This document shows positions 19,909 through 29,864 of a stretch of DNA of 60,166 nucleotides, one piece after another. The notes beneath the pieces were generated by a model, which was given only the letters and a program-made list of their open reading frames with translations, searched no databases and was not told where the DNA came from. The position numbers were made by a program, and so were the translations under genes. The first letter of the stretch is position 1, and every line of letters starts with the position of its first letter. This DNA is from Gammaproteobacteria bacterium (lineage in GTDB: Bacteria; Pseudomonadota; Gammaproteobacteria; Enterobacterales; GCA-2746155), in NCBI GenBank assembly GCA_030589945.1, contig JAUUZN010000002.1, forward strand, positions 1 to 60,166. The letters are read 5' to 3'.

Positions 19909-21088
19909 ATTTGGAAAACATTAGTTTGTGAATCACTTCATTACCTTCAGCGGGAGATTCGGGTATATTTCTTGATGCAATGAGAGAGCTAAAGGCAATC
20001 GCTGCGCCCAACCAAAATACCACTGAAGGACTAGTCAGCCAAATAATCCCAAACGCAGCCGGTATCACCACTGCGGCGATGTGACTGATAGTAAAACTAA
20101 CGCCTGATGTGGCGGCAATATCGGCTGGATCAGCAATTTTTTGGAAGTATGTTTTGATGGCAATGGCCATAGCAAAGAAGAGATGATCGATCACATAGAG
20201 TATCGCAGCAATCTGTGCATTTTCGACTAGGGCGTAACCAGAAAAAACTAAGATTAATGCGCAATATTCAATAGTAAGGGTCGTACGTTCACCAATTTTA
20301 GCGATAAACTTACCTATTCTCGGTGCAGCATAGAGATTTATCAGATGGTTAATTAAGAACAGCAGGCTGATATCTGCAGCAGAGTAGTTAAATTTTTCCA
20401 CCATCAAAAATCCAGCAAAAACCATAAAAATCTGCCGCCTAGCTCCGCTCAAAAAGATGAGTACGTAATAAAGCCAGTACTTCTGGCGCATGAATAGTTT
20501 CTTAGATTGCTCTACGGGCGTTTTAAACTTTGGGAATATTTTCATTGTCCCAATGACTAATAACAGGCCGGTTCCACCACAAATAAGGTACAGCCACTGA
20601 TAGGCAATTGAAAAATATTCAATGACGATCCAAAATAATGCATAGATAATTAATGATGTGAAAGAACGCACGGCGAGTAACTTTCCCATAAACTCAGGAC
20701 TATCTTTCTTGGGTATCCATTGCAGTACCAGAGATTGTTTGACCGCTTCAAAATAATGAAAACCTATAGACATTAAAAATGTAGTAGACAACAGACCAAT
20801 ACTGGAAGGAAAAAATCCAGTGAGTGCAACACCAATTGATAATATAGCAAGAGACACCATGGCTAGCATCTGCTCTGAGATGATTAGTAATACGAGAATA
20901 ACGGTAAAGGTTAAGAAGCCTGGAATTTCACGAATACTGTGTAAAAAACCGATATCAGCACCACTATAAGCAGCTTGCTCGATAGCAAAATTGTTAATGA
21001 GAACAACCCATGTGGAAAAGGTCAGGGGTAAAATCACTGACATAATGATGAGCAGTGAGCGTTCATTGATCCAAGGTTGGGTTTTCAT
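19907..21088 (-). CDS. MFS transporter
   Basis: About 12 hydrophobic helices; SIREIPGFL and SGARRQIF motifs. Confidence 0.88.
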   Translation of the reverse strand: MKTQPWINERSLLIIMSVILPLTFSTWVVLINNFAIEQAAYSGADIGFLHSIREIPGFLTFTVILVLLIISEQMLAMVSLAILSIGVALTGFFPSSIGLLSTTFLMSIGFHYFEAVKQSLVLQWIPKKDSPEFMGKLLAVRSFTSLIIYALFWIVIEYFSIAYQWLYLICGGTGLLLVIGTMKIFPKFKTPVEQSKKLFMRQKYWLYYVLIFLSGARRQIFMVFAGFLMVEKFNYSAADISLLFLINHLINLYAAPRIGKFIAKIGERTTLTIEYCALILVFSGYALVENAQIAAILYVIDHLFFAMAIAIKTYFQKIADPADIAATSGVSFTISHIAAVVIPAAFGIIWLTSPSVVFWLGAAIAFSSLIASRNIPESPAEGNEVIHKLMFSK

Positions 21089-21254
21089 GCAGTTCGACAG
21101 GTTTTATCAGTAAGATGAGAGTTAATCCATTATTTCAGATATTGATGGTTTAAGCTATCTCTCTGAGCAACTTGATCTGCAGATAAATAACGAATAACTG
21201 TTACAATTAGATTAATGACATCATAAGATATGATTTCGACAAGAAGGTTATGCC

Positions 21255-22142
21255 ATGCACCAAATTGAATATATTGAACCCGTTTATCGACCACCTAGCG
21301 AATGGAAATCTCTGATTTTACAGGTGACAAACGGCTGTTCTTGGAATCATTGTACCTTTTGTGAAATGTATCAGGGTCAACAAAAAACCTTTAACCATAA
21401 ATCCATGGAACAACTGCGGCATGATCTTGATATTGCTAAACAGTCACAGATGCCAGTCAATCGAGTATTCCTTGCCGATGGTGATGCGATGACTCTTTCG
21501 GTGCGCAGACTCAAGGGTATATTGGAGCTCATCAACGAATATTTTCCAGAGGTACAGCGTATTTCATCCTATTGTTTACCGAGAAACTTAATTAATAAAA
21601 CGGTTGATGAGTTGAAGGAACTCAGGGCACTCGGCTTAAAACTCGTCTATGTGGGTTGTGAGAGCGGCGATGACGAGGTGTTAGAACTGGTTAATAAGGG
21701 TGAGAACTATGAGTCGTCTTTGGCGGCATTACTAAAGATAAAGGCTGCGGGGATTAAGTCTTCTGTGATGATATTAAATGGATTAGGTGGAGAATTACTC
21801 AGTCAACAACATGCGATAAACTCAGCGCGACTAATGAACGCGTCCCAGCCTGAATATCTTTCAACATTGGTTGTGAGTTTTCCTCTGGGTGTCGACAGGT
21901 TTGAACAACGATTCCCAAAGTTTGTTGCCTTAGATCAACAACAGTTATTTAATGAAATGAGAGTATTACTTGAGTCTTTGGAATTGAATAAAACTATTTT
22001 CAGAAGCGATCATGCAAGTAATTACCTAATTCTAAAGGGTATTTTAGGACGCGATAAGTCAAAGTTGCTCGATAAGGTTAATACTGCTATCCATCAGCCA
22101 CAACGAATTCATCTTAGACAAGAATCGCAACGGGGACTATAA
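21255..22142 (+). CDS. Radical SAM protein
   Basis: CSWNHCTFC (CxxxCxxC), VFLADGDA and FRSDHASNY motifs. Confidence 0.92.
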   Translation: MHQIEYIEPVYRPPSEWKSLILQVTNGCSWNHCTFCEMYQGQQKTFNHKSMEQLRHDLDIAKQSQMPVNRVFLADGDAMTLSVRRLKGILELINEYFPEVQRISSYCLPRNLINKTVDELKELRALGLKLVYVGCESGDDEVLELVNKGENYESSLAALLKIKAAGIKSSVMILNGLGGELLSQQHAINSARLMNASQPEYLSTLVVSFPLGVDRFEQRFPKFVALDQQQLFNEMRVLLESLELNKTIFRSDHASNYLILKGILGRDKSKLLDKVNTAIHQPQRIHLRQESQRGL

Positions 22143-22214
22143 TAGTCTTCAAAGATAAATGATAAAAACAAAATATCCAACCAGGTTCGTAAAACAAGCA
22201 TCGAGGTCAATAAA

Positions 22215-22853
22215 ATGCTTCATAAATTAATAAGAATAATAAAAATGAGTTCAATGCTCATGGTCTTTTCCATGATATCTGCCTGTGCACCAATGATGGA
22301 AAACATTACTGATTACGTGCCTCCAAATTCCGAACTTGGGATGCAATGTATTGAGAAAGCTAATGTTGGACGAAATCGATGTGAAGCACAGCAGGAATCA
22401 GAGAGACTTAAGTGTGTTGATGGCGCCAGTGGTGAAGCTGAATATCGTTTTGGTGAGGCAGAAAGAACTTATTCTCATCAACTGGAAGATTATATTAATG
22501 CTGAAGAACAATTTGACTATGATTATGAACATTATCTTGAACAAAAACGTCTCATCATTCGAGACGGAGAATTAGAATATATTCAATGTTCAAAAGACGT
22601 CAATATGGATAAAATTGCACAGTTTCCAAAATGTGAAAAATTCTTGAAGACAGCAAATAAACGGGCAAAAAAATTACGTAAGCCTCGAGAACCTAGAAAA
22701 CCGAGAGCGCCAAACCTAGGTAGGATCTACTCCCGGTTAGTGGCTCAATGCAATGGTCGAAACAATGGCTGCCAGCAAGCTTTTGACCAGTCTTATCGAT
22801 CCTGTGGCGGCATTATTAATGTCCGGCAGGTCTGTGTGAGTAATTGTGATTAA
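22215..22853 (+). CDS. Cys-rich hypothetical lipoprotein
   Basis: Lipobox ISAC, many Cys residues, helical core. Confidence 0.7.
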   Translation: MLHKLIRIIKMSSMLMVFSMISACAPMMENITDYVPPNSELGMQCIEKANVGRNRCEAQQESERLKCVDGASGEAEYRFGEAERTYSHQLEDYINAEEQFDYDYEHYLEQKRLIIRDGELEYIQCSKDVNMDKIAQFPKCEKFLKTANKRAKKLRKPREPRKPRAPNLGRIYSRLVAQCNGRNNGCQQAFDQSYRSCGGIINVRQVCVSNCD

Positions 22854-24606
22854 TCGATTACAGCAAAAAGGCAAGTTCGGTCTACTGTCAATACTAATAC
22901 TATTTCATTGTTTACTTTCATTTTCCGTCGTTACTGCCCAGGAAAATGAGTTATCGAAAGATACTGATGCTAAGCCGGACGTTGAACGTCCCACAGAACT
23001 TACTCGCCAAATAGAAAGTACCAGAGGTCGTCTGGTCTATTTGATGTCTACAGAGCAAAGAAAAGAATTGCTTTTAGTACAGCTGCTTAATCAACTGACT
23101 AATTCTGAAGATTTAGAAGACTCGGATGAAAAGACGCAACTGGAAGCACAAATAAAGTCGTTGCGAGATGAGATAACGGTAACTCGTGAAGAGTTTGACA
23201 CTACACTAACGGGTGGTATCGAGCAGATCAAACTTGAATCTGATGTGGATGAAGCCTACAACTGGCGAAATGATCTTGAAGAAATCATGAAGCCAATCTT
23301 TAGAACGATGAAAGGCGTCACTGAAAAACCACGAGAGATTGAACGTCTGAGGTCTAAAATAAACTTTCTCGGGCGAGATATAGAACTAAGCAAATCAGCT
23401 CTTGCATTTATAAATCAGCTTGAGGGTGAACAGTTATCTGACATCTTCCTGCTCCGTATCAGCACTGCAAAAGAAGCCTGGTATAGCCGACTCTATTCTT
23501 TGGAAGAAGAACACAAAATTGTCGAGTTTCAGCTTCAAACGCGTCTGGATGAAAGTTCAAACTTCTTTAATAATTTTGGTGGAACATTGAAGGAGTTTGC
23601 AAGTGGACGTGGTTTATCCATTGCGATTGCCATATTTGCATTTTGGTCTGTTTGGATGATGTTCGCCTATGCGCGAAAAGCATATCGTTATGTACTTGCA
23701 AGAAGAAAATTAGAGTTTAAATCGGGCCTGACCTCGAGAGTTCTCTATTACGTCTATCAAATATTAGCCGGTACAGTTGCATTTGTTGCCATGATATTGG
23801 TGTTTTATGTCAATGGTGATTGGATCATGCTGGGTGTCAGCATGCTCATTCTCGCATCGGTGTTGTTTTCCATTAAAAATGTCTTACCAAAGTTTATTGT
23901 TGAATCAAAACTATTACTCAATGTCGGACCGGTCCGTGAGGGTGAACGCATTTTTTATCAGGGTATCCCGTGGAAGGTCGATAAAATACGCATCTACACA
24001 GAGTTGTTTAACCCGTTATTATCGGGTGGAAGGATTAGAGTTCAACTCAATGAATTAGTTGATATGAATTCGCGCCCCTACAGTAAATTTGAAGATTGGT
24101 TTCCTTGTAGAGAAGGGGACATGTTGTTGATGCCTGAAGGTCGACTGGTTAAAGTTGAACTACAAACACCCGATTTTGTGAAACTCAACTATACGGGTGG
24201 TGCAACTACTACCGTAAGAACCATAGATTTTTTATCCATGTCCTTCACAAATTTAAGTGAAGAATCCTTTAGAGTGTCATCATTTTTCGGCATCGATTAT
24301 AGCTTACAGAATAAGTCGACCAGTAAAGTTCCAGCTGTTTTCCGTGAAGAGATACAAAATATCCTAGAGAGTCAAAATTACGGAAAGTATCTTAAGGTAT
24401 TAAGAGTAGAATTACATGAGGCTGCAGGTTCTTCTTTGACTTATAAAATAATCGCAGATTTTCATGGAATTGCAGCTCGCTATCACAATATCATTGCCCG
24501 TGAATTACAAAGTGCTGCCATTGAAGTTTGTAATAACCACGGTTGGTTAATTCCATTCGAGCAACTCACCATCAATCAGGCTTCTATAGCTGAAATCGAA
24601 AGTTAG
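22846..24606 (+). CDS. MscS-like mechanosensitive channel family protein with periplasmic coiled coil
   Basis: Signal peptide, coiled-coil region, three TM helices, GPVREGERI, C-terminal IPFEQL. Confidence 0.65.
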   Translation: MINRLQQKGKFGLLSILILFHCLLSFSVVTAQENELSKDTDAKPDVERPTELTRQIESTRGRLVYLMSTEQRKELLLVQLLNQLTNSEDLEDSDEKTQLEAQIKSLRDEITVTREEFDTTLTGGIEQIKLESDVDEAYNWRNDLEEIMKPIFRTMKGVTEKPREIERLRSKINFLGRDIELSKSALAFINQLEGEQLSDIFLLRISTAKEAWYSRLYSLEEEHKIVEFQLQTRLDESSNFFNNFGGTLKEFASGRGLSIAIAIFAFWSVWMMFAYARKAYRYVLARRKLEFKSGLTSRVLYYVYQILAGTVAFVAMILVFYVNGDWIMLGVSMLILASVLFSIKNVLPKFIVESKLLLNVGPVREGERIFYQGIPWKVDKIRIYTELFNPLLSGGRIRVQLNELVDMNSRPYSKFEDWFPCREGDMLLMPEGRLVKVELQTPDFVKLNYTGGATTTVRTIDFLSMSFTNLSEESFRVSSFFGIDYSLQNKSTSKVPAVFREEIQNILESQNYGKYLKVLRVELHEAAGSSLTYKIIADFHGIAARYHNIIARELQSAAIEVCNNHGWLIPFEQLTINQASIAEIES

Positions 24607-24610
24607 TCGG

Positions 24611-25231
24611 TTGAATATTGTTGGTTTAGTTTTGGCAGGCGGATTATCATCGAGAATGCACGATGATAAAAGCCAACTGTTATGGAAGGGTAAGACTTTA
24701 CTCGAGCACAGTTGTCAATTGTTGCTGGATTCTGGATGCAATGAAGTTTTGGTAAGCTGCGCTCAAGATGAAACACCCCGTAATATAATTATTGATTATA
24801 CCGTTATCGCAGATCGCTTCCCTCAAGCAGGTCCCTTGGCAGGATTTGAATCTGCAATGCATCATCTCCTGCAACTTTCACAAAATTCAGCTCTATTAGT
24901 TGTTCCGGTAGATATGCCTTTAATGAGCACTGAGCTTCTCAAGGTACTGGTCAGTCGAGCCACTGAGAATGCTCAGAGCATTTCAAAAGCCGTTTACTTT
25001 TCTGCAGGGCGCTTTCCAATGATCCTACCTGTTTCTGTAGAGCTGAGAAACATACTTTCTGAAATGTTGACCATGAATCATTCTAAACAGAACAATGAAG
25101 GTCGGGCAACATCCATTAGAAAATTTCTAGATAATGTGGAACCAATAATCATTGATTCTGTTGAATCGGGAGATAAGCGGTTCTTTAATTGCAACACTCC
25201 TGAAGATTATCAACAATTATCCTCATCGTAG
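24611..25231 (+). CDS. mobA: Molybdenum cofactor guanylyltransferase
   Basis: LAGGLSSRM..DK, GPLAG, PVDMP and FNCNTPED motifs. Confidence 0.92.
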   Translation: MNIVGLVLAGGLSSRMHDDKSQLLWKGKTLLEHSCQLLLDSGCNEVLVSCAQDETPRNIIIDYTVIADRFPQAGPLAGFESAMHHLLQLSQNSALLVVPVDMPLMSTELLKVLVSRATENAQSISKAVYFSAGRFPMILPVSVELRNILSEMLTMNHSKQNNEGRATSIRKFLDNVEPIIIDSVESGDKRFFNCNTPEDYQQLSSS

Positions 25232-25324
25232 AATGTTCATTGAGAGATTCGTCAGGTAAAATTCAATGGTTAGATTAAAAATATTTAACGGTCAGTCGGA
25301 GATACAAAGGGAGAACCATAGATA

Positions 25325-25870
25325 ATGTCTGGACACGCAAAAAAAGATTTCGTTGCTTTGAATATTGCAGTACTCACTGTTTCAGATACACGTACTGAAG
25401 AAAATGATACCTCCGGTGATGTATTGGTGGATAAGCTTAGCGAAGCGGGACACCGGCTCATTGATCGAACAATTAGTGTCGATGATATTTATCAATTAAG
25501 AGCTGTTGTTTCAACCTGGATTGCCTCTGGCGACATTCAAGTAATCCTTGTTACTGGTGGCACAGGCTTTACTGATAGAGATACCACGCCCGAGGCATTA
25601 ACGGTTCTGTTTGACAAGCCTGTTGAAGGGTTTGGTGAACTGTTTCGAGCGGTATCTTTTCAGGAAATCGGAACATCGACCATACAATCAAGAGCTGTTG
25701 CTGGTATGGCTAATAATACGGTTATCTTTTGTATGCCAGGTTCACCAGGAGCCTGTAGAACAGCTTGGGATGGTGTCATCAAAGAACAACTGGATGCATC
25801 ACATGGACCCTGTAACTTTGTTATGCACTTGAAAGTGTCTGATGCAGAGCCATGTGAGACTCGTAGTTAG
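25325..25870 (+). CDS. moaB: Molybdenum cofactor biosynthesis protein B
   Basis: AVLTVSDTR, TGGTGFTDRDTTPEA and STIQSRA motifs. Confidence 0.96.
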   Translation: MSGHAKKDFVALNIAVLTVSDTRTEENDTSGDVLVDKLSEAGHRLIDRTISVDDIYQLRAVVSTWIASGDIQVILVTGGTGFTDRDTTPEALTVLFDKPVEGFGELFRAVSFQEIGTSTIQSRAVAGMANNTVIFCMPGSPGACRTAWDGVIKEQLDASHGPCNFVMHLKVSDAEPCETRS

Positions 25871-26270
25871 CAAGAAAACCATAGGGCTGATGCGTTGTTG
25901 CGATACTCACCATCCAAAAAACGACTAAGATTGCAGCGAAGTAGATAATCCGTTGAAGTTTGATATTGTTAATGCGATTAAGTGCAAGGACACCGAGAAC
26001 AATGTAGACAATAAGAGCAGTAAGTTTAACTGCTAACCAGGATTGAGTTGTGGGGTATTGTTGAGACATTACCATTAGAGTCACTCCCGATAACAATAAT
26101 AAAGTATCTATTACCGGTGGAACTCTTCGAAAAAAATTATGTCGATAATGAGGGATGCCAGAGGTTGACTCAAACTTTGTAGATAGCATTAACAAGAGTC
26201 CTCGAACTAAAAATAAAAGGACACTAAGAGCCACTAATGAGATGTGAATCGATTTAACGGTAAGATACAT
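25821..26270 (-). CDS. SirB2 family membrane protein
   Basis: KSIHI...RG, PPVIDTLLLLSG and WLAVKL..LIVYIVLG motifs. Confidence 0.85.
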   Translation of the reverse strand: MYLTVKSIHISLVALSVLLFLVRGLLLMLSTKFESTSGIPHYRHNFFRRVPPVIDTLLLLSGVTLMVMSQQYPTTQSWLAVKLTALIVYIVLGVLALNRINNIKLQRIIYFAAILVVFWMVSIATTHQPYGFLANYESHMALHQTLSSA

Positions 26271-26369
26271 AGTTTAATCAGCTTATTTAACTTATTCTTA
26301 AAATAAAAATGATAGTCTTGAAATAACAATAGCGATCATTGCTGATCATCAACATATTATCAACTCCAA

Positions 26370-27305
26370 TTGGAAATCATGGATAAAAAAATAGCCAAAA
26401 AGAAAACCAGTCAATCTTCGCCTCTTAAAGGCTTTGTCGTCATTGCACTGATAAAGTTCCTGTCACTACTACCATTGTCGGTGGGTAGGGCATTGAGCCG
26501 TCTTGGTGCATATCTAATGTACATTGTTGGCAGTGATAGCCGATTTGTCACTGAAATTAATTTAAAATTATGTTTTCCAGAAAAATCTGCTGAGCAACGA
26601 AAAGTGTTGACTCAAAAAAGTATGTTGGCGAGTACTCAGCTACTATTCGAGATAACTAAAATATGGCTACAAGCGCCTGAAAAATCGCTACAGATGATTA
26701 ATAAGGTTGTGGGTGAGGATGTTCTAGAGAATGTGCTTAATGATGATACTAGAGGTGTGTTGATTGTCAGTCCTCATGTTGGGAATTGGGAACTACTCTA
26801 TACGTATCTAGCAAAGAACCATCAGCTAGCGGGTTTATATCGACCTCCAAAATTAATTGAACTTGAACCTATTATACTCGAAGGACGAGAGCGTGCAGGG
26901 GGAAAGCTGATTAGAACTTCGCAGATGGAAGTTCGTAAGATGTTGAAACTGTTGAAAAGTTCGGGAGGTTTGTTTTTATTGCCCGATCAACAGCCACCAC
27001 TAGGCAGTGGTGTATTTGCTCCATTTTATGGACAGGATGCGTACACCATGACGTTACTTCAGGGGCTTGCTAAGCGAACCAATGCACATCTGCTAATTGC
27101 CAGTTGTATTCGTGAAGCTGATGGCTTTAAGCTTGAATTTAAAACATTAACCATTAATGTGGAATTAGATGAATCTGAGTTTGCAGGGCAGCTTAATAGA
27201 GCAATGGAAGAGGTTATTAATGAAGATCCAGCACAATATGAATGGGCGTACAAAAGGTTTAAATCACTTGAAAAAGGTGTAACCGATATATATAAAAAGA
27301 TATAA
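26370..27305 (+). CDS. Lipid A late acyltransferase (LpxL/HtrB family)
   Basis: PHVGNWE, LPDQ, FAPFYG and PAQYEWAYKRFK motifs. Confidence 0.9.
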   Translation: MEIMDKKIAKKKTSQSSPLKGFVVIALIKFLSLLPLSVGRALSRLGAYLMYIVGSDSRFVTEINLKLCFPEKSAEQRKVLTQKSMLASTQLLFEITKIWLQAPEKSLQMINKVVGEDVLENVLNDDTRGVLIVSPHVGNWELLYTYLAKNHQLAGLYRPPKLIELEPIILEGRERAGGKLIRTSQMEVRKMLKLLKSSGGLFLLPDQQPPLGSGVFAPFYGQDAYTMTLLQGLAKRTNAHLLIASCIREADGFKLEFKTLTINVELDESEFAGQLNRAMEEVINEDPAQYEWAYKRFKSLEKGVTDIYKKI

Positions 27306-27330
27306 AAAGATATAAACAAATATAAACAAA
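27291..27330. repeat. 10-bp tandem repeat x4 spanning a stop codon
   Basis: TATAAAAAGA TATAAAAAGA TATAAACAAA TATAAACAAA. Confidence 0.85.
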
Positions 27331-27340
27331 GGATGGTTAT

Positions 27341-27661
27341 ATGTCGATATTAAGACTTTGGCACGGTGAAGTATCTCTTGAAAAAGCAGATGAGTACCAA
27401 CAATTTATGATTGATAAAGCGGTACCCGACTATTCATCAGTAGCTGGCTTACTTAACTTGTCATTTACACGAAAAGATGAAAAAACAAAATCACATTTTT
27501 TATTGGTGACACTCTGGGATACGATTGAATCGGTCAAAAAATTTGCTGGAGAGCAGCCTGAGATTGCCAAGTATTACGAAGAAGATGATAACTTTTTACT
27601 CGAGAAAGAAAAGTATGTTTCAAATTATAATGTGTTTTATCAACAAGATTTTTCACAGTGA
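27341..27661 (+). CDS. ABM-like (antibiotic biosynthesis monooxygenase fold) protein
   Basis: ILRLWHG and TLWDTIESVKKFAG..PEIAKYYEED motifs. Confidence 0.75.
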   Translation: MSILRLWHGEVSLEKADEYQQFMIDKAVPDYSSVAGLLNLSFTRKDEKTKSHFLLVTLWDTIESVKKFAGEQPEIAKYYEEDDNFLLEKEKYVSNYNVFYQQDFSQ

Positions 27662-28485
27662 TCTATAAGCTAATGATCGATAAGGGAAGAATGGCTATTA
27701 AAAAAACAACACTCTATATCATTGGTACTTTTGGAGTACTGGTTTCAATTTTGGTTTCTGATATGTTACTTGGCGTCACGGGTCTGTTACCGACAAGTCT
27801 TAGTGCCGGCTCACTATTTTCAGCATCAGTGCCAAAATTTTCTGAGTCTGCTGCTGGAGTTGAAAGAAAGAAGTTATTTATCGAATATTTTTTACCGATA
27901 ATCCAACGTTCAAATGAAGAAATTTTGGAAGATAGAAAAATATTACTGAAATGGAAAAATGATATTACAACATTTTATTGGTGGGATGATTTCCTGTTAG
28001 GTGACATTATTGAAAAATACCGAATGCCTGATTTTAACATTGAAGCCGATCAAGATTGGGAACAACTTTTAACAAGAGTCAATGAGGTGCCCGTTTCTCT
28101 GGCGCTTGCACAGGCTGCAAATGAAAGTGCTTGGGGGACGTCACGTTTTGCTCAAGAAGGTAATAATTATTACGGTCAGTGGTGTTTTGTAAAAGGATGT
28201 GGCCTTGTACCAAAGGGGCGAGGAGGCTCTAAAGTGCATGAGGTTGCAGTATTTAACACACCTTCAGGGTCGGTTGAAAGTTATCTTACTAATCTAAACA
28301 GTCATAACGCCTATAATAACCTTCGCAAGATTCGCACCGAACTCCAGGCAAAGAATGAACCAGTGACAGGTTTGTTACTCGCTGAAGGATTAGGACAATA
28401 TTCTGAGCGAGGTGATGTTTACATTAAAGACCTTCAAAGCCTAATTCGGTTTAATGAGTTAACACAGTATGATATGACGGAGTGA
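27658..28485 (+). CDS. Bax-like glucosaminidase-domain protein
   Basis: LAQAANESAWGTSRFA..GNNYYGQWC and YSERG..Y motifs; exact start uncertain. Confidence 0.88.
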   Translation: MIYKLMIDKGRMAIKKTTLYIIGTFGVLVSILVSDMLLGVTGLLPTSLSAGSLFSASVPKFSESAAGVERKKLFIEYFLPIIQRSNEEILEDRKILLKWKNDITTFYWWDDFLLGDIIEKYRMPDFNIEADQDWEQLLTRVNEVPVSLALAQAANESAWGTSRFAQEGNNYYGQWCFVKGCGLVPKGRGGSKVHEVAVFNTPSGSVESYLTNLNSHNAYNNLRKIRTELQAKNEPVTGLLLAEGLGQYSERGDVYIKDLQSLIRFNELTQYDMTE

Positions 28486-28503
28486 ATGACTGTTTAGCTT
28501 CGC

Positions 28504-29862
28504 TCAGGCTGTTTCTTTTCTTAAAAATGCTTTTATCATAACGATAATAAATAAAGTGCCACCAATAATAGAAATGGCTCCACCTGCGCCCATTAATCCC
28601 ATGCTAGCAATTTGTGGTAAGTGCTCCAACACATCTTCAGCACCAAATGTTTTACGCTGCACACCATAACCTCCAGACCAGACTAAGCCGATAATATGCA
28701 TTAGCTGTCCACCACCATAGATATAAGGTTGCCAACAGGCCATCTTTGACATCGGTCTAGAAAATCCTAGATATGGAAGAAGATGGTAAGCGAGTCCCAT
28801 GAATGCCAAGGTTACACCAACAATTGAACCATGATAATGGGCGGGCACTACCACATTCATTCCATCGATCATAAATCCGATAATTCCACCTGCCGCAAAT
28901 AATGTTATTGAGCTGAGTAGCGCTGCTTTAACGGGTAATTTATTAGCATGAAAAGTAGGAGACTTAATAATAGAAAACACCACAACAAATCCCAGAGGGA
29001 TGGAAGCTAATCCACCATACTTCATCAAATCAGTGAAGGCTGTTCTGTGCTCTAGTGAAACAACATCATATTGGAGATAAATGAAAGGAGTCACTACAAG
29101 AGGGAAGGCCGCTAACAAAAATAGCCATTGGGCAATTTTCGGCGAGAAGTCAATGCTGATTCCTGCAGCCTTGCCTATCCATAACCAGGCAACTAACAAT
29201 AACAATGTATGAGTATATTGCAGTATGTGACCGGAACCCCAAAATAAAACCTCGTAGAAAGCAGTACTTTCATAGGACGACGGTATCCCTACATAACTTG
29301 CAACCAACGAAATCAATGCCAATAGAGCAATCCATGCGCTGATATAGATGCCCGTATCTAACGCGTCAGAAGGACTAGGATTAGAAAAGTTAGGGGGGCT
29401 TGATGTTATTCTCAGTAAAATTTGTAATAGCATTCCCAAGCCAAAAATAGACAAGCCTGTGATGAATATTGGATGATCTAATATTGGGATATAATTATTC
29501 ATCAGCGGATTACCCACACCGATAAATGGAGCAATACTGATTGCTAGGGTTCCAGTTATCGCTAATCCAATGGCAATTTTATTGAGAACATTATTTTTAG
29601 AATCCGTGGTAAAACTCCACAAAACACCTGCAAAAGAAACAAACCATATCAATACTGAGAGATCCACATGAACAACCAAAGCCACATAAAAGAAGTTGCT
29701 AAAAGGAATCATTTCCTTTATCACGGGTGTACGTGATAGAACCAATACTATAGAAAATATTCCTGCCAAAACTAGTGAAACAACACTTAATTTTAACCAG
29801 GCTGATGCTATAGAATTTTCGGCATTGATTGATTTTGAAAATTGAAAATATTGACTTGTCAT
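28504..29862 (-). CDS. Degenerate heme-copper oxidase subunit I-like membrane protein
   Basis: About 12 TM helices. Keeps ALVVHVD (helix II His), WGSGHILQY and PAHYHG (helix X HxH), but has no helix VII His-His pair. Confidence 0.75.
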   Translation of the reverse strand: MTSQYFQFSKSINAENSIASAWLKLSVVSLVLAGIFSIVLVLSRTPVIKEMIPFSNFFYVALVVHVDLSVLIWFVSFAGVLWSFTTDSKNNVLNKIAIGLAITGTLAISIAPFIGVGNPLMNNYIPILDHPIFITGLSIFGLGMLLQILLRITSSPPNFSNPSPSDALDTGIYISAWIALLALISLVASYVGIPSSYESTAFYEVLFWGSGHILQYTHTLLLLVAWLWIGKAAGISIDFSPKIAQWLFLLAAFPLVVTPFIYLQYDVVSLEHRTAFTDLMKYGGLASIPLGFVVVFSIIKSPTFHANKLPVKAALLSSITLFAAGGIIGFMIDGMNVVVPAHYHGSIVGVTLAFMGLAYHLLPYLGFSRPMSKMACWQPYIYGGGQLMHIIGLVWSGGYGVQRKTFGAEDVLEHLPQIASMGLMGAGGAISIIGGTLFIIVMIKAFLRKETA

Positions 29863-29864
29863 TT

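Noticed and set aside
25821-25870. 50-nt convergent overlap of moaB and the SirB2 gene as an antisense control device
   Set aside because: More simply explained by stop-codon drift; no supporting signal.
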